Shown: positions 51,213-64,000, counted from the stretch's first letter. The stretch is DNA of 64,000 nt from Octopus vulgaris (GCA_951406725.2 OX597822.1:94674001-94738000); one strand, 5' to 3'. The notes: generated by a model from the sequence alone, not told the origin. Made by a program: numbers and translations.

Positions 51213-51357
51213 GCTAGGCATAGCTGTGTGATTAACAAGTTTGTTTTGCAATCACGTTTGTTTTGGGTTCAATCCCACTGTGTAGCAGCTTATGTAAGTG
51301 TCTTTACTATAAACCTTGTGAATGGATTTGTTACACAAAAACTGAAAGAAGCCCATT

Positions 51358-51403
<46 letters not shown>

Positions 51404-53019
51404 TCATCAACGCTCTTTCACTCCCACACTGATTAACAAACCCTAACCCCACCCCAAACACACCCAAATCCCATATATAGAATCACAAAACCCCAAACCC
51501 TCAGATCTGTTTGACAACAAATGTGAGAAAGTTCTCCAGAAAAGTTTTTCCTAAAAAATCTCCCCACCCAAGTTAACAATGAACTTGCTATATCTATGAA
51601 CTAAAGTGTAAAATTTATATTATTAAAAAATTAAAAAATAATAAATTAAACTGGTTAGAACTACCAGTGAAATCATTCTTTTTCTTTTTTCAAATGTACC
51701 TAACTGTACCAAGGATCTCACACATTTTCCAATATATATACAGTAAAATCTTCAGCTTTATATATAGAGAGATGTATGTGTATGTTGGCGTGCATGTATG
51801 GATGTGTTTCTTTGTCTTGACATCATGCGCTACTTGTTAACAAACATCGGTATCAGTCAAACAAGTGGTGTCGTTTGTTTGCTATCTTCTTTGAAAAAAC
51901 ATGTCTAACCTTCACATTGTTCCTGTTCAAATGGTATATATTACCTTAGTTGGAAAGAGGTGAGGGTTGGTGACCGGAAGGGCATCCAACCATAGAAAAT
52001 CTACCTCACCAGATTACATCCGACTCATGCAAACATGGAAGGGTGGATTCTAAAACAATGACATTTATAATTAAACTATGATTGTGCTAGCTATTAGTTT
52101 CTTTTGGCAGTGTGGTAATATTAATTATTAGTGTTTTTACTATCAAATTTTAGCAATAGAGCCTTCTTATAAATGTCTGCTTGGCATGTGAAATCATTTT
52201 ATAGCTTTCATGTTTAGCGGTTACATTATTCCATTACATTGGTCAGTTAGACTTTCTAGCTTGTGTTTTTACTCTCAGTAAATATATTTCTGTTTTTATA
52301 GTGCATTTCTAATATTAATGCAACATAACAATCACTACATTTAGTATTCTGTTTTATCAGCTTTGCAAAAGTAATTCATCAGTCTTCTAATCGGGATTCA
52401 TTGTGTTCAGGTGAAATATTTTATGTAAATCTGGTAAAGTACTTTGTTATGGTTGGTTAACGTTCCTTCTGCATGAGTCAAAAAAAGAAAGTTTTTTTTG
52501 TTTCTTTTCTTTTATATTTGGTATCATTTGTACTGTTATTCTTTCACCATGTCAAAATATCAGTTATTTGAGTAGATTTCTTTAATTTGGTGGGAAATTC
52601 ATCATCATCATTATCATCATCGTCATCACCTTAACATTCATTTTCCTATGCTTGCATGGGTTAGATGGAATTCATTGAAGCAGATCTTTCTTTCTACAGC
52701 TGGATGCCCTTCCTCTTGCCAACCCTCACAAATTTCCATGCTGGCATGAGCTGGATAGGCCTTGTAAAGGCAGTGTTTTTATGGTCAAATATCTTATCTA
52801 ATATCACCCTTTTAGCTGCCCCTTACAATATGCAGAGATATGGGGTACCTATTTATAAAAAAAATGAGATGCACATATATGTAATGCATATGTGTACATA
52901 CATATAAATTATTAAGGTGGCTGTTTGCAATTTATAACTGAAAGGCACAAGTATAGTCTTCACTAAAGTGACTGAGGATGTTAGTCAGCACCAGCATTGC
53001 TAGAAATAAGAGTCAAAAC

Positions 53020-53945
53020 ATATATCCAGCTTGTTCGGATATTTTTAACCCGTGCACACCATCCATCTTCTGCTTGCATTAGTTGAAGGAGGTCTTCAGG
53101 GAGGCATCCAGTGTCTCTGGTGAGTTGACCTATATACATTGTGTTCTGAAAATCTGCTCAAGTACGGCCGGCCATACACTAGCATCCATAGCAGTAGGTC
53201 ACTTGCCTGCTCTTGTTTAGCTCACCAGCAATGTCCTGCAAAACACAAACGCCTTTCCCTTTTAATGGTGGAAACAGGCAGGAGATCTCCATACAGCAGT
53301 TTTTTGGTGGTATGAGTTCTCCAAGATATGTTTAAGATTGCTCTTAACATTTGGATGTGAGTTCCATCTAGCTTAGATTCCAGTTTTTTTAGTTAGCATT
53401 CAGGATCTTGCTCCATATAAAGGAACTGACTCTAGCATTGCATGGGGAAAATTCCACTTATAGTTGTTTGACAGGGTTGATTTCTAGACAACATCCGGCA
53501 TGTTTAGAATCAACCATGCTTTGTCTGTCCAAGTTTTTACATCCTTTTTAGTTGAGGCTATCTCAGAACTGTGTACTTGAAATCACCAGCTTGATTGATG
53601 GGGGTCTCTGCTCATGTTGGTGTTAGATCCTTGTTGATTGTGAGCAATGAACTTGGTTTTACTATGATTTAACCAGTGGTCCAACATCACAATTTTAGGC
53701 TATGATATAATTGGGTGGAATTTGATATTGTGTTGGTGAGCAAGGCTAAATTGTCTGCATTGTCTACATCAGTTATTTTTTAAACTGGATGACCAATTAA
53801 TCTTCTTTTCATGAGTGTGAAACTAAGGCTGTTTAGATTGTCAAGTGATGTTCTGAGGGTATAATCCAGAATAATTACAAAGAGAAAAGGTGCCAGCATG
53901 TGCCCCAGGTGTACTCCAGCTTTGATATCAAAGAAACTTGTATCC
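53020..53945 (-). mobile_element. Decayed RTE-clade LINE RT and C-terminal fragment
   Basis: AGVHLGHMLAPFLFVIILDY (RT motif GV.QG..L.P.LF), NADNLALL (ADD motif), RLCFAGHCW. Confidence 0.85.
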
Positions 53946-54275
53946 AAAGGCCCCAACCATCCCATCTACAGTGAGACCCATGTACTGCAAAAGTTCAGGA
54001 TTCAAAGGCCCACAGCTGTTTAATGTCTTGCCAAAGCATCTGAGAGACCTACATGGAGTTAGTGGGGAGATGTTTTCAAGAAGCAACTTGACCTCCTCCT
54101 GCTCAGTGTCTTAGATGAACCTACATCACAGCAAGAAATGCAGAAGTGGGCAGCAATATTGAACTCCCTATTTCACCAAAAGCCAGTCATAAAAACATGG
54201 CCATTGAAAAGGTGATAATATTGGCGGTGGCCCCAGCATGGTTACAGCCTTTGAGCTGAAACACATAAAAGAATA
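53944..54275 (+). mobile_element. CR1/L2-group LINE 3' fragment with a tail related to SINE A
   Basis: GFKGPQLFNVLPKHLRDL, FKKQLDLLLLSVLDEP, NSLFHQ, then ggcggtggccccagcatggttacagcctttgagctgaaac. Confidence 0.8.
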
Positions 54276-54338
54276 TGAGAATATCTATATATTCATTCTT
54301 CACTCCTTTATTACTGTTCTTATTTTAATCCATTTCCA

Positions 54339-54386
54339 TTGTCCGAAAATCTTTTCATCACACATCTATGACATCTTCAGCGACAC
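54339..54386 (-). ncRNA. Minimal hammerhead ribozyme candidate with intact core
   Basis: uguc-g-CUGAAGA-u-gucaua(gaug)ugugau-GAAA-agauu-UUC-g-gaca; lies within inverted arms 54287-54350 / 54424-54486. Confidence 0.6.
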
Positions 54387-54799
54387 TTTCCGTCCTCGTG
54401 TGTACTCCTGCTCTGCTTAGTCCATTCTCGGACAATGGACATGAGTTAAAATAAGAACACTAATAAACAGGTGAAGAACCAATATACAGTGCATGTGTTT
54501 ATTTATCGGGAAAAAAAATGACCGTCCCAAAATACACTATCTGTTTCAACACATGATTTCACATCAGGAATCTTGCAATTCATAAATGTATATATATATA
54601 TATATTATATTTGCGAGAAGTTGAGGTTATAAGAGATAATGGTGTGATTGAGACCCAAAGGTGTCAGGTAATGCTGAATAAGTGCTATAGACAGACCATA
54701 GTTAAGTTCCAGATCTTGCATCTATTTTCTTTCTTCCACCTCACTCTCTATTTTGTATTACATCGAAACTAACTATGACTTAATTTTTCCTATCACACA

Positions 54800-55276
54800 G
54801 TCTCCGATGAAGGGATCATCATCATCGTTTAACGTCCGCTTTCCATGCTAGCATCGGTTGGACGGTTCAACTGGGGTCTGGGAAGCCAGAAGGCTGCACC
54901 AGGCCCAGTCTGATCTGGCAGTGTTTCTACAGCTGGATGCCCTTCCTAACGCCAACCACTCCGTGAGTGTAGTGGGTGCTTTTTACGTGCCACCGGCGCA
55001 AGTGCCAGATGAAGCTGGCAAACAGCCACGATCAGATGGTGCTTTTTACGTGCCACCGGCACGGAGACCAGACGAAGCTGGGAATGGCCACGAATGGATG
55101 GTGCCTTTTACGTGCCACCGGCACGGAGGCCAGTCAGGGCGGCGCTGGCTACGGCCATGTTCGGATGGTTCTCTTACGTGCCACCGGCACTGGTATCACA
55201 GCTACAAATTCCATTGATGTTGATCGATTACGATTTTGGATATTATTGAGTAATATCCTAGAAACAGCTGTAAGAC
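54800..55276 (+). ncRNA. Hammerhead motif split by a family C insertion
   Basis: gtct-CCGATGA-agggat at 54800-54816 and ggatatta(ttgag)taatatcc-ta-GAAA-cagct-GTA-agac at 55238-55276. Confidence 0.65.
54817..55237 (-). mobile_element. Family C (RTE 3' UTR) copy
   Basis: (ATC)n tail and about 4 tandem units. Confidence 0.9.
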
Positions 55277-56427
55277 CTTCTATCTGTAAATGCTCTAATA
55301 TCTATACAGCCTTGGGTTTTTTTATCTTATTACGCAAAAAATTCTTATATATATTATATATCTTAATAAAATAGCAAAGAAAATTGTTGTAATTTCTGGT
55401 GAAGAGATGAAACATGTGCAGTAAACAATACAAGTGTGTTTCACTGTCATGCATATATTTACATAAGTGGGCATGCATGTGTGTGTGTGTGGTGTGTGTG
55501 TGAACATAGATTTAGTCAATAGGATTGAACAAAGAAGGTTATATTCAAGATTTGTTTTGTCGTTTTTTTTTGGTTTTTTTTTATTTACTTTATTTAACTT
55601 GCTTGTGTTTGATTTATTTCCATCATGCGACAAGACAAACTTGGAACTTCTTAGCTTCTCACTCACCATCACCATCACCATCACCACCACCACCAAGAAA
55701 CCTTGTGATGAATGTCAAACAGTCATGAAAGATGTTTATATGCTCCAGATTCTTGACTATATTTTGTAGCATTCCAGTCAAAAAAAAAGAAAAAAAAAGA
55801 AAGCAAGAAAATAACAAAAAAAAGAAAAGATATATAATACCAGTTCAAAGACTTTGTTGGCTGACAGCAAAGATATTTCAAACCAAATTTCTTTGTCTGT
55901 TGGTATTTAACCAGCATTTTATCTGTTTACATCAGATGATCCTTAACTGCTAAAAACAACTCTTATTAATCCCTTGTATTCCTAATTTTAAGAGGTATCT
56001 GTATGTATATACACGTCCATGTACACACAAACCTGCAGTGCATTTATTTTATTATTATTATTATTATTATTATTTTATTATTTTTTTTTTTACAAAGACT
56101 AGAATAATCGGTGGGCGCTCGCAGTGGAAGTGTCTTGTCTGAAGAATGTGTTTAGTAAACTGGAGTTATGAAGTTACAGTCTTTTGCTATAATCCTAGTT
56201 ACATTTGCAATCAACTGAAGTCATGGCAACTGTTTATTAAACAAACATCTCGTTAGCTTGGTTGATGCAGTGGTATTGTGTAAGCACATATCAATGTTAG
56301 CTTAGATAGATATAGTAGGTTATCAGTGTACAACAGCAAACATTGATGTGTGTGTGTGTGTATGTGTGCATATATATGTGTATCCCTATCTATCTGTCTA
56401 ACTCTCTGTCTCTCTCTTTGTCTCTCA

Positions 56428-56468
<41 letters not shown>

Positions 56469-56569
56469 ATAATAAGTAAAAGGGATTAATGAATGCACGC
56501 AGATATCTACAACACACTCAGTGTTAAACAAATTTGGTTAACTATATCAAACAATCAGATACCAAAAAA

Positions 56570-57207
<638 letters not shown>

Positions 57208-57496
57208 GTTCAAATTTACAGAAAACAAAAGATGAAGACAGGTGAAGGAAGAACAAGCAGGTGTATTAGTTTAATGCTCATGTGTAATTGATAGGCTTTT
57301 TTCAGTTTCCACCAACTAAATCCATTCACAAGGCTTTGGTTGGCCTGAGGCTATTGTAGAAGACATTTACCCAAGGTGCTATGCTGGTGGCACTGAACAA
57401 TTCCAAATGATTCTTAATTACATAAATACAATAGAATTTTTTAACCATCAAATGGCTATGGTAGTCCACCAGAATAAAATATCAGTTAAAGAGGGA

Positions 57497-57888
57497 TCAT
57501 CATCATTTAGCGTCCGCTTTCCATGCTAGCATGGGTTGGACAGTTCAACTGGGGACTGTTTTGCCGGAAGGCTGCATCAGGCCCAGTCTGATCTGGCAGT
57601 GTTTCTACGGCTGGATTCCCTTCCTAACGCCAACCATTCCGTGAGTGTAGTGGGTGTTTTTTACGTGCCATCCGCACAGGTGCCAGATGGAGCTGGCAAA
57701 CGGCCACGAACGGATGGTGCTTTTACGTGCCACCGGCACGGGGGCCAGGCAAGGCTGGCAACGGACACGAATGGATGGTGCTTTTACGTGCCACCAGCAC
57801 GGAGGCCAGACGGGGCGGAGCCGGCAACGGCCACGATCGGATGGTTCGCTTAACCACAGCTGCAATTTCCACTGATGTTGATCGACCT
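57497..57888 (-). mobile_element. Family C (RTE 3' UTR) copy, same subfamily as 28442
   Basis: Shares ggatggttcgcttaaccacagctgcaatt; about 4 units. Confidence 0.9.
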
Positions 57889-57914
57889 TGGTGAAAAATG
57901 GTTCAGAAGCACTG

Positions 57915-58055
57915 ATCTAATGTAAGCTGATTTTCTCCCCGATGAGCTCTCTTGTGACTCTCTCAACCACTTTTATGATGTGTTCCATCAGTTTGGTGCT
58001 TGTGCAACTTTTTCTTTTGTATAGCATCCTCTTTGCCTTTGTAGCAGTTTGTGAT
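57915..58055 (-). mobile_element. RTE RT N-terminal fragment
   Basis: CYKGKEDA and TKLMEHIIKVVERV resemble RTE YKGKGD...IKLL.H.MKV.ER. Confidence 0.75.
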
Positions 58056-58079
58056 CTTATTATATTGTCACTGTTGGGG

Positions 58080-58611
58080 CCAGAGCAACAAGCTGGGGTC
58101 AGAGCCGATGGCACGTTAAAAACACTATTCGAGCGTGATCGTTACCTGCATTGCCTTACTAGCACTTGTGTTGGTGGCACATGAAAAAACATTCAAGCGA
58201 GGTCGTTGCCAGTGTCGCCTTACTGGCTCCTGTGCAGGTGGCACATAAAAAGCACCATTTGAGCGTGTGGCCGTTGCCAGTACCGCCTGACTGGCTCTCG
58301 TGCCAGTGGCACATAAAAGCACCCACTACACTCTTGGAGTGGTTGGCATTAGGGAGGGCATCCAGCTGTAGAAACTCTGCTAGATCAGATTGGAGTCTGG
58401 TGCAGCCATCTGGTTCGCCAGACCTCAGTCAAATCGTCCAACCCATGCTAGCATGGAAAGCAGACGTTAAACGATGATGATGATGTTGTCGTCAGTGTCA
58501 TCCTCCTCATCATCATTTTAGCATCTATTTTGCTCCACACTTGCTCAAGTCATTTCATCTAATCCATGCTAGCGTGTGAAATGGATATAAGACAAAGATA
58601 TATATATATAA

Positions 58612-58649
<38 letters not shown>

Positions 58650-59072
58650 TTATATACACATAAACCCATAAATACTATTAAAACACTTCAGGTGTAGATG
58701 TGTTATTTATTAATTTAATTCATTGGTGAGTGTCGTAAAGTAAATGTGGCACCTGTGTCGGTGGCACATAAAAAAACACCATCCGAGCGTGGCCGTCTGC
58801 CAGCCTCGTCTGGCACCTGTGTCGGTGGCACATAAAAAACACCATCCGAGCGTGGCCGTCTGCCAGCCTGTGTCTGGCACCTGTGTCGGTGGCACATAAA
58901 ATCACCCACTACACTCTCGGAGTGGTTGGCGTTAGGAAGGGCATCCAGCTGTAGAAACACTGCCACATCTGACTGGCCTGGTGCAGCCTTCGGGCTTCCC
59001 AGACCCCAGTTGAACCGTCCAACCCATGCTAGCATGGAAAGCGGACGTTAAACGATGATGATGATGATGATG
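58080..59072 (+). mobile_element. Two family C copies (58080-58485, 58735-59072)
   Basis: gtggcacataaaa units, ggagtggttggcgttaggaagggcatccagctgtagaaac, (GAT)n tails. Confidence 0.9.
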
Positions 59073-59406
59073 AATGTAATAATGTGAATAATGTAAATGA
59101 AATGTAAATAGAAGGGAAAGCTTGCAGAATCTATGGAGCCTGGTTTCTCTTTCCAATTCATTTGTTTTCCTTTTGCCTTTGTCACTTCTGCTTTTCATAG
59201 ACACCAGCTTCATAACACTATGAAACTTTCATTTTGTCTTGTCACTAAAGTCAACCATTGATTGATCCCATCTCATTATCAGAAGTCAAGGAAATAGCTA
59301 TCTTTTTCACTTGTGTGTAACAGATATATATTCATTTGTGTTGCACGAATGAATGTGTAGTGTAGTTGTGTCCTCATCTCCAGGGGCACTTGAGGTTTAT
59401 TTAGCA

Positions 59407-59669
59407 CAGTGATTCTCTACTGGAGTCCATATGACCCTAGGGGGTCCACATGAGATTTTGTTGTTAAAATTTATGTGCAACAAAACTGTTTATACTTTGA
59501 CGATACACAAAATATTTAAACATTTTTTTTTATTCAATTCCTAATAATATTTACTTAAAAAAATATTATTGAAGTTTTTTTAGATACTGATTGCCTAGTT
59601 CCCCCCTCCCTCCCTGAGTAAAATAGGAATGAAAGGGGTTCATAGGCAAATAATGGTTAAAGAACACTG
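59407..59669. mobile_element. hAT-like MITE related to 31156-31468
   Basis: cagtgattctct...agaacactg ends; similar interior; TSD decayed. Confidence 0.7.
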
Positions 59670-60501
59670 ATTTTAACATGAGTAATGATAGCAAAGTGAT
59701 TCAAAAGAGAATCAAAATTGTTTTTTCTTTTTACTGCAAAATGAGAACGTACATGCTATGAAGTACTGATATGACAATGTTCATGTTCATCTGTCAAAGC
59801 AATGGATCTAGTCATCCTTAATGATGACTAACATCTTGCATGATGACTTTGTTTAAAGTGAAGAAGAGTTGCATGCCATCAACCTCACTCGCTCATCCAT
59901 GACCATCTTTAATCAAGTGGTAAGGCCAGGCCAGGTCAAGATAATTAGAGATGGAGACAGATGCAGTGGATGACAAAGATGTCTTACCTGCATCATCTTG
60001 CACTCTGTACTGCATTGCTGCAGCTGCTTTCCTCTCCATTGAACCAAGTGCAACAGAGGTGCAGAATGTTTAAAGTAATTAAAAAAAACATAAAATGGAT
60101 TTTGGATGTACTGACTTTGGTGAAAGGCTAAGTAGAAGTGGTTAGAGTAGGCATATATGTTTCTATGACGACGGCTGTGCAGGTTGCAGATGGATGACTC
60201 ATGCTAGGTGCAAACACGTGGTCTTTCAGTAGTGGAAAATATCTTTTGTGTAGATAGACCAAAGAAGATTTGGAAGGGCTCTGGAATGGTATTTTGATGG
60301 TAACATGATGTATATACTCAGCCATCACTCACTCATTAGGGAGTATGATGTAGTAGCTTGCACCATGCTTTTGTTAATTGTTTCAGGTGCCTATGGTAGT
60401 CAAGAGATGGTGGTGGTGGTCGTGGTGATGATGATGATGATCATTATTATCTCTAAAGCTCAGCATCCTGAGATATGACCCACTTTTTTTCTAGATTTTA
60501 T

Positions 60502-60800
60502 TCTACTCCAAGTACCTTCTATTTTACCCTGATCTTCCTCTGCTCCAGGTACCTTCTATTTTACTCTGATCTTCCTCTGCTCCAGGTACCTTCTATTTTA
60601 CTCTGATCTTCCTCTGCTCCAGGTACCTTCTATTTTACCATGATCTACCTCTGCTCCAGGTACCTTCTATTTTACCATGATCTACCTCTGCTCCAGGTAC
60701 CTTCTATTTTACTCTGATCTTCCTCTGCTCCAGGTACCTTCTATTTTACTCTGATCTTCCTCTACTCCAAGTACCTTCTTCTCTTCCTTGATCTTCCTCT
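60502..60800. repeat. 37-bp minisatellite, 8 copies
   Basis: gtacc at 60512, 60549, 60586, 60623, 60660, 60697, 60734, 60771. Confidence 0.97.
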
Positions 60801-61120
60801 TCCTACCTTCTTTTCACCCTTCATCTAACCCTTGTTACAGATGCCTTCTATCATCAATACACAGATCTTTACTCCAACTATTACTACTACTAGTACTACT
60901 CATTGTCCATCCGATTGATGTGTTCACATTAGTTCAGTCATCTCTGCTGTTACACATCAACTGATGCCTTTAACGACCAGCTGCTTTCTCAGCTCACTTC
61001 TACCCTGCCTTTCACGCTGTTTAATATTACACATCCAATGGATCAATTCAACGTAGAAGCAAAACCTTCTGTTGCTAACAGAGACAACAGTTCCCTGAGC
61101 TTCCTTCACTCCCTCTCTCT

Positions 61121-61162
<42 letters not shown>

Positions 61163-62392
61163 GTATTACTTTATTGTTGCTTCTTTATTGATGCTAATTA
61201 GATCACCTAGGTAGCAGAAACAATCACATATAATAAAATATTTGGTTCAAAGAATTTATATATCTTATTTGCTGCATCCTATGTTGTTGTTTTTTTTTTG
61301 GGGGGGGGGGGTTGCATGGGATCATGTCTACCTACATCCCAGCATACGTTGTCAGCAGTAGATGAATCAGCTTTAGGCTTTCATCTCATTTATTCATTTA
61401 TACAAAAAAAAAAAAAAGAATCTTTCCTTGAGTCTTTCAATCAATGTAGATTATTTTGCTTGTGATGACCTCAGTACTTCTGTGAAAATAGCTCCAAGCA
61501 TAAACAGAAATTTCATTATCTTACAGAAACTGTTCACTGGAAATATAAAATAACTTGCAGTTTGATTTAAGGAATTTCTCTTAAAAGTAGTGATAAGGTT
61601 TTTGTTCCACCGACTATGAATTCTTGCATTTATCAAAGATACGTGTACTTCTTGGTAACAACTTGAAAATAATAAACCAGCTGTGCTAAGTTAATTTCAT
61701 CTGCAGACAATTTTTTTTTTTTAATTTTCCTTTAATAAGATATTACTTTGATGTGATTACAGCACGGAACAAATATAATTGATCCATGTCTAGAGTGGGG
61801 GTTATCTTTATGTTAGGTTCATCTTGAAAATATTTTTCAATTTACTTCAAACTATTGAAATATTTGAGAAAAGGGGAAAAAAATGTCTGTTAAAGATGGT
61901 AAATGTTCTATTTTCCCTGAGTATCGACTGTTCTCAATAAATATGTTGGAATGTGTTACTTATAATTTTTTTTCCCTTTCTTCCCGAAGAAAGCTTCTGG
62001 TTGGTTGTTCATGATGACATTTATAATTCCTTTGACTGCAGCTATGAAATATAGCAGTGAACAAATATAAAATATATATATATATATATCAGTGAACAAC
62101 TACAAATATACCAATGAATAAAAATACAGTATATCAGTGAACAACTTGAAATATTTGCCAGTGAGCGACAAAATGTACTAGTGAACAAAAATACAATGTG
62201 GTAGTGAGCAAAAATAAAATACATCAACGGATGACTATAAAATGTAGCAGTGAACACAATATATACAACGTACACCAGTAAACAGCAATGAAAAATATTT
62301 TTGAACAGAAATACAATATCGCAAAACGCAATTTGAAATATATAGCAGATAGCAACTGTATATCAGTGAACAAATATAACGTATACTCTACA

Positions 62393-62806
62393 CTTTTACT
62401 TTTACACTTTTACTTGTTTCAGTCATTTGACTGTGGCCATACTGGAACACCGCCTTTTAATCGAGCAACTCGACCCCGGGACTTATTCTTTGTAAGCCCA
62501 GTACTTATTTTATCAGTCTCTTTTGCCGAACCACTAAGTGACGGAGACATAAACACACCAGCATCGGTTGTCAAGCAATACTAAGGGGACAAACACAGAC
62601 ACACAAACATACACGCACACATATACATACACATATATACATATATACGACAGGTTTCTTTCAGTTTCCGTCTACCAAATCCACTCACAAGGCTTTGGTC
62701 GGCCCGAGGCTATAGTAGAAGACACTTGCCCAAGGTGCCATGCAGTGGGACTGAACCCGGAACCATGTGGTTGGTAAGCTACTTAACACACATCCACTCC
62801 TGCGCT
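62393..62806 (-). mobile_element. Full-length SINE family A
   Basis: Reverse complement aligns with other copies. Confidence 0.92.
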
Positions 62807-63612
62807 TATACTAATGAACAACTTGAAATACATAGTAGTGAACAATATGAATTAGCAAAACTGTTTGTTGGAGGCTTGCAGAAGATGTCTTGTGGTGTCT
62901 GTCCTGGCTCTTTGTATTCTGACAGCAATGCTTGTAACGACGCTGATGCCAAGCTGTATTGGCCCAAAGACTGGATAAACATCAGTATCATGGAGGGGTG
63001 TGGTACGTTTTGGCTCAGCTCTTTTGGCACCATCTGTTTGGCATTGCTGATATAATACTGACTCATTTGACATCATATGTTTTATCCTCAGGTCCTGTTG
63101 GCACTGTGAAAATTTTGTTTTAATTCTAGTTGACAACAAACTAGTAATCATAATTACTAAACTTAATTTAGCTTTCTGCTTCACTTTAGGAATATGATGG
63201 CTGGTGAAATATTGAAGAAATGTGGAGAAGAGAAATTTTTTCTCACAATGGATTTCTAAACATCTTTGACAAAGTAGAACTGACAATGAATTTAAATTTT
63301 GGCTCTGTGAGAAAAAAAATCAGGGAGAGAAAGAGAGAGAGAGAGAGAAATATTGAGATGTTTTAAATGATCCTGAATGTTACAAATCTGAGGGGACTTG
63401 TTTGCAGCAATCAAGATCATTTAATACCTTTTATTGTTACCCCTCTTCTCTCTCTCTCTCTCTCCTCTCTCTCCTTGTTTATATATGTGAGCATATTTAG
63501 CTTTTTATGTATGAGGAGAGGGAAAGTTTTTTTTTTATGATAATCAGATTCAATTAATAAATAGTAAAGTCTCTCTCTCTCTCTCTCTCCACCTGTGTGT
63601 TTTTGCTTCCAG

Positions 63613-63731
63613 TGCCAAAAATTACAGTTGCCAAAACAGGTTCAATGTCCAGTCAGTCATACCAAAGAACCATGCCCAATCGTCGCATTCCAGCCACGGG
63701 GGAGAGATTTGGAAGCATAAGCAACTGCTAG
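63613..63731 (+). CDS. Candidate terminal coding exon (phase 1): PKITVAKTGSMSSQSYQRTMPNRRIPATGERFGSISNC*
   Basis: Long pyrimidine tract then ttttgcttccag|; phase-compatible with 23605-23673; the other two frames are also open, so the frame is uncertain. Confidence 0.4.
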
Positions 63732-64000
63732 TCTTCGTCAAAAAGTCTTGCCTAGGCCTGCACCTACCTGAGTAGAAGTATGGCCAACATTTATTGATAG
63801 AGACCCTATTGAACAACAATTAAAATAAATAGCAGTGAACAACAATTAAAATATACAACAACGAACAAACGTAAAGTATACTAGTGAACAGCAAATAACT
63901 ATACTTGTGAATGTCAATAAAATACATACGGCAGGCAGCAACTTGAAATATTGCTTTACGCAAACTGCTTTTCGTTAACGAGGTGTTGCCTTTTATGACT

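Larger units (their letters stand above)
62043..63950. repeat. Degenerate AGTGAACA-core array in three pieces (62043-62385, 62808-62850, 63808-63950)
   Basis: Recurrent cagtgaacaa / tagtgaacaa / caacttgaaata motifs. Confidence 0.75.

Noticed and set aside
50820-51500. Telomere-like aaccct strings
   Set aside because: Only one or two degenerate units; not an interstitial telomeric array.
56098-56145. RIIGG, a serine-protease activation-like motif
   Set aside because: A stop follows within ten codons and no other protease motifs are nearby.

Overview
AT-rich, repeat-saturated eukaryotic DNA, very likely from an octopod cephalopod (inferred from the repeat families; not confirmed by a search). 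Most of the window is transposon debris plus (TA)n/(TG)n/(ATT)n/(GA)n microsatellites. It holds three tRNA-derived SINE families (here A, B, E), 3' fragments of RTE, R4/Dong, Tx1/L1 and CR1-group LINEs, a Penelope-like GIY-YIG remnant, several decayed mariners, and Merlin-, Tigger-, piggyBac-, hAT- and Helitron-type non-autonomous elements. Nearly all listed ORFs are microsatellite or repeat artefacts. A few short, splice-compatible + strand exon candidates (20604-20644, 22706-22777, 23605-23673, 63613-63731) suggest the window is mainly introns of one host gene. Most notable: (i) a 554-bp non-coding element present twice with identical ends inside (TAA)n tracts, beside R4/Dong fragments using the same target; (ii) several minimal hammerhead-ribozyme motifs and palindromic elements built from hammerhead halves; (iii) a 178-bp-arm, 96% identical hairpin; (iv) an RTE 3' UTR carrying a variable-copy ~62-bp repeat. 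No rRNA, intact tRNA, CRISPR or prokaryotic features are supported. All alignments were made by eye; boundaries of decayed repeats are approximate.
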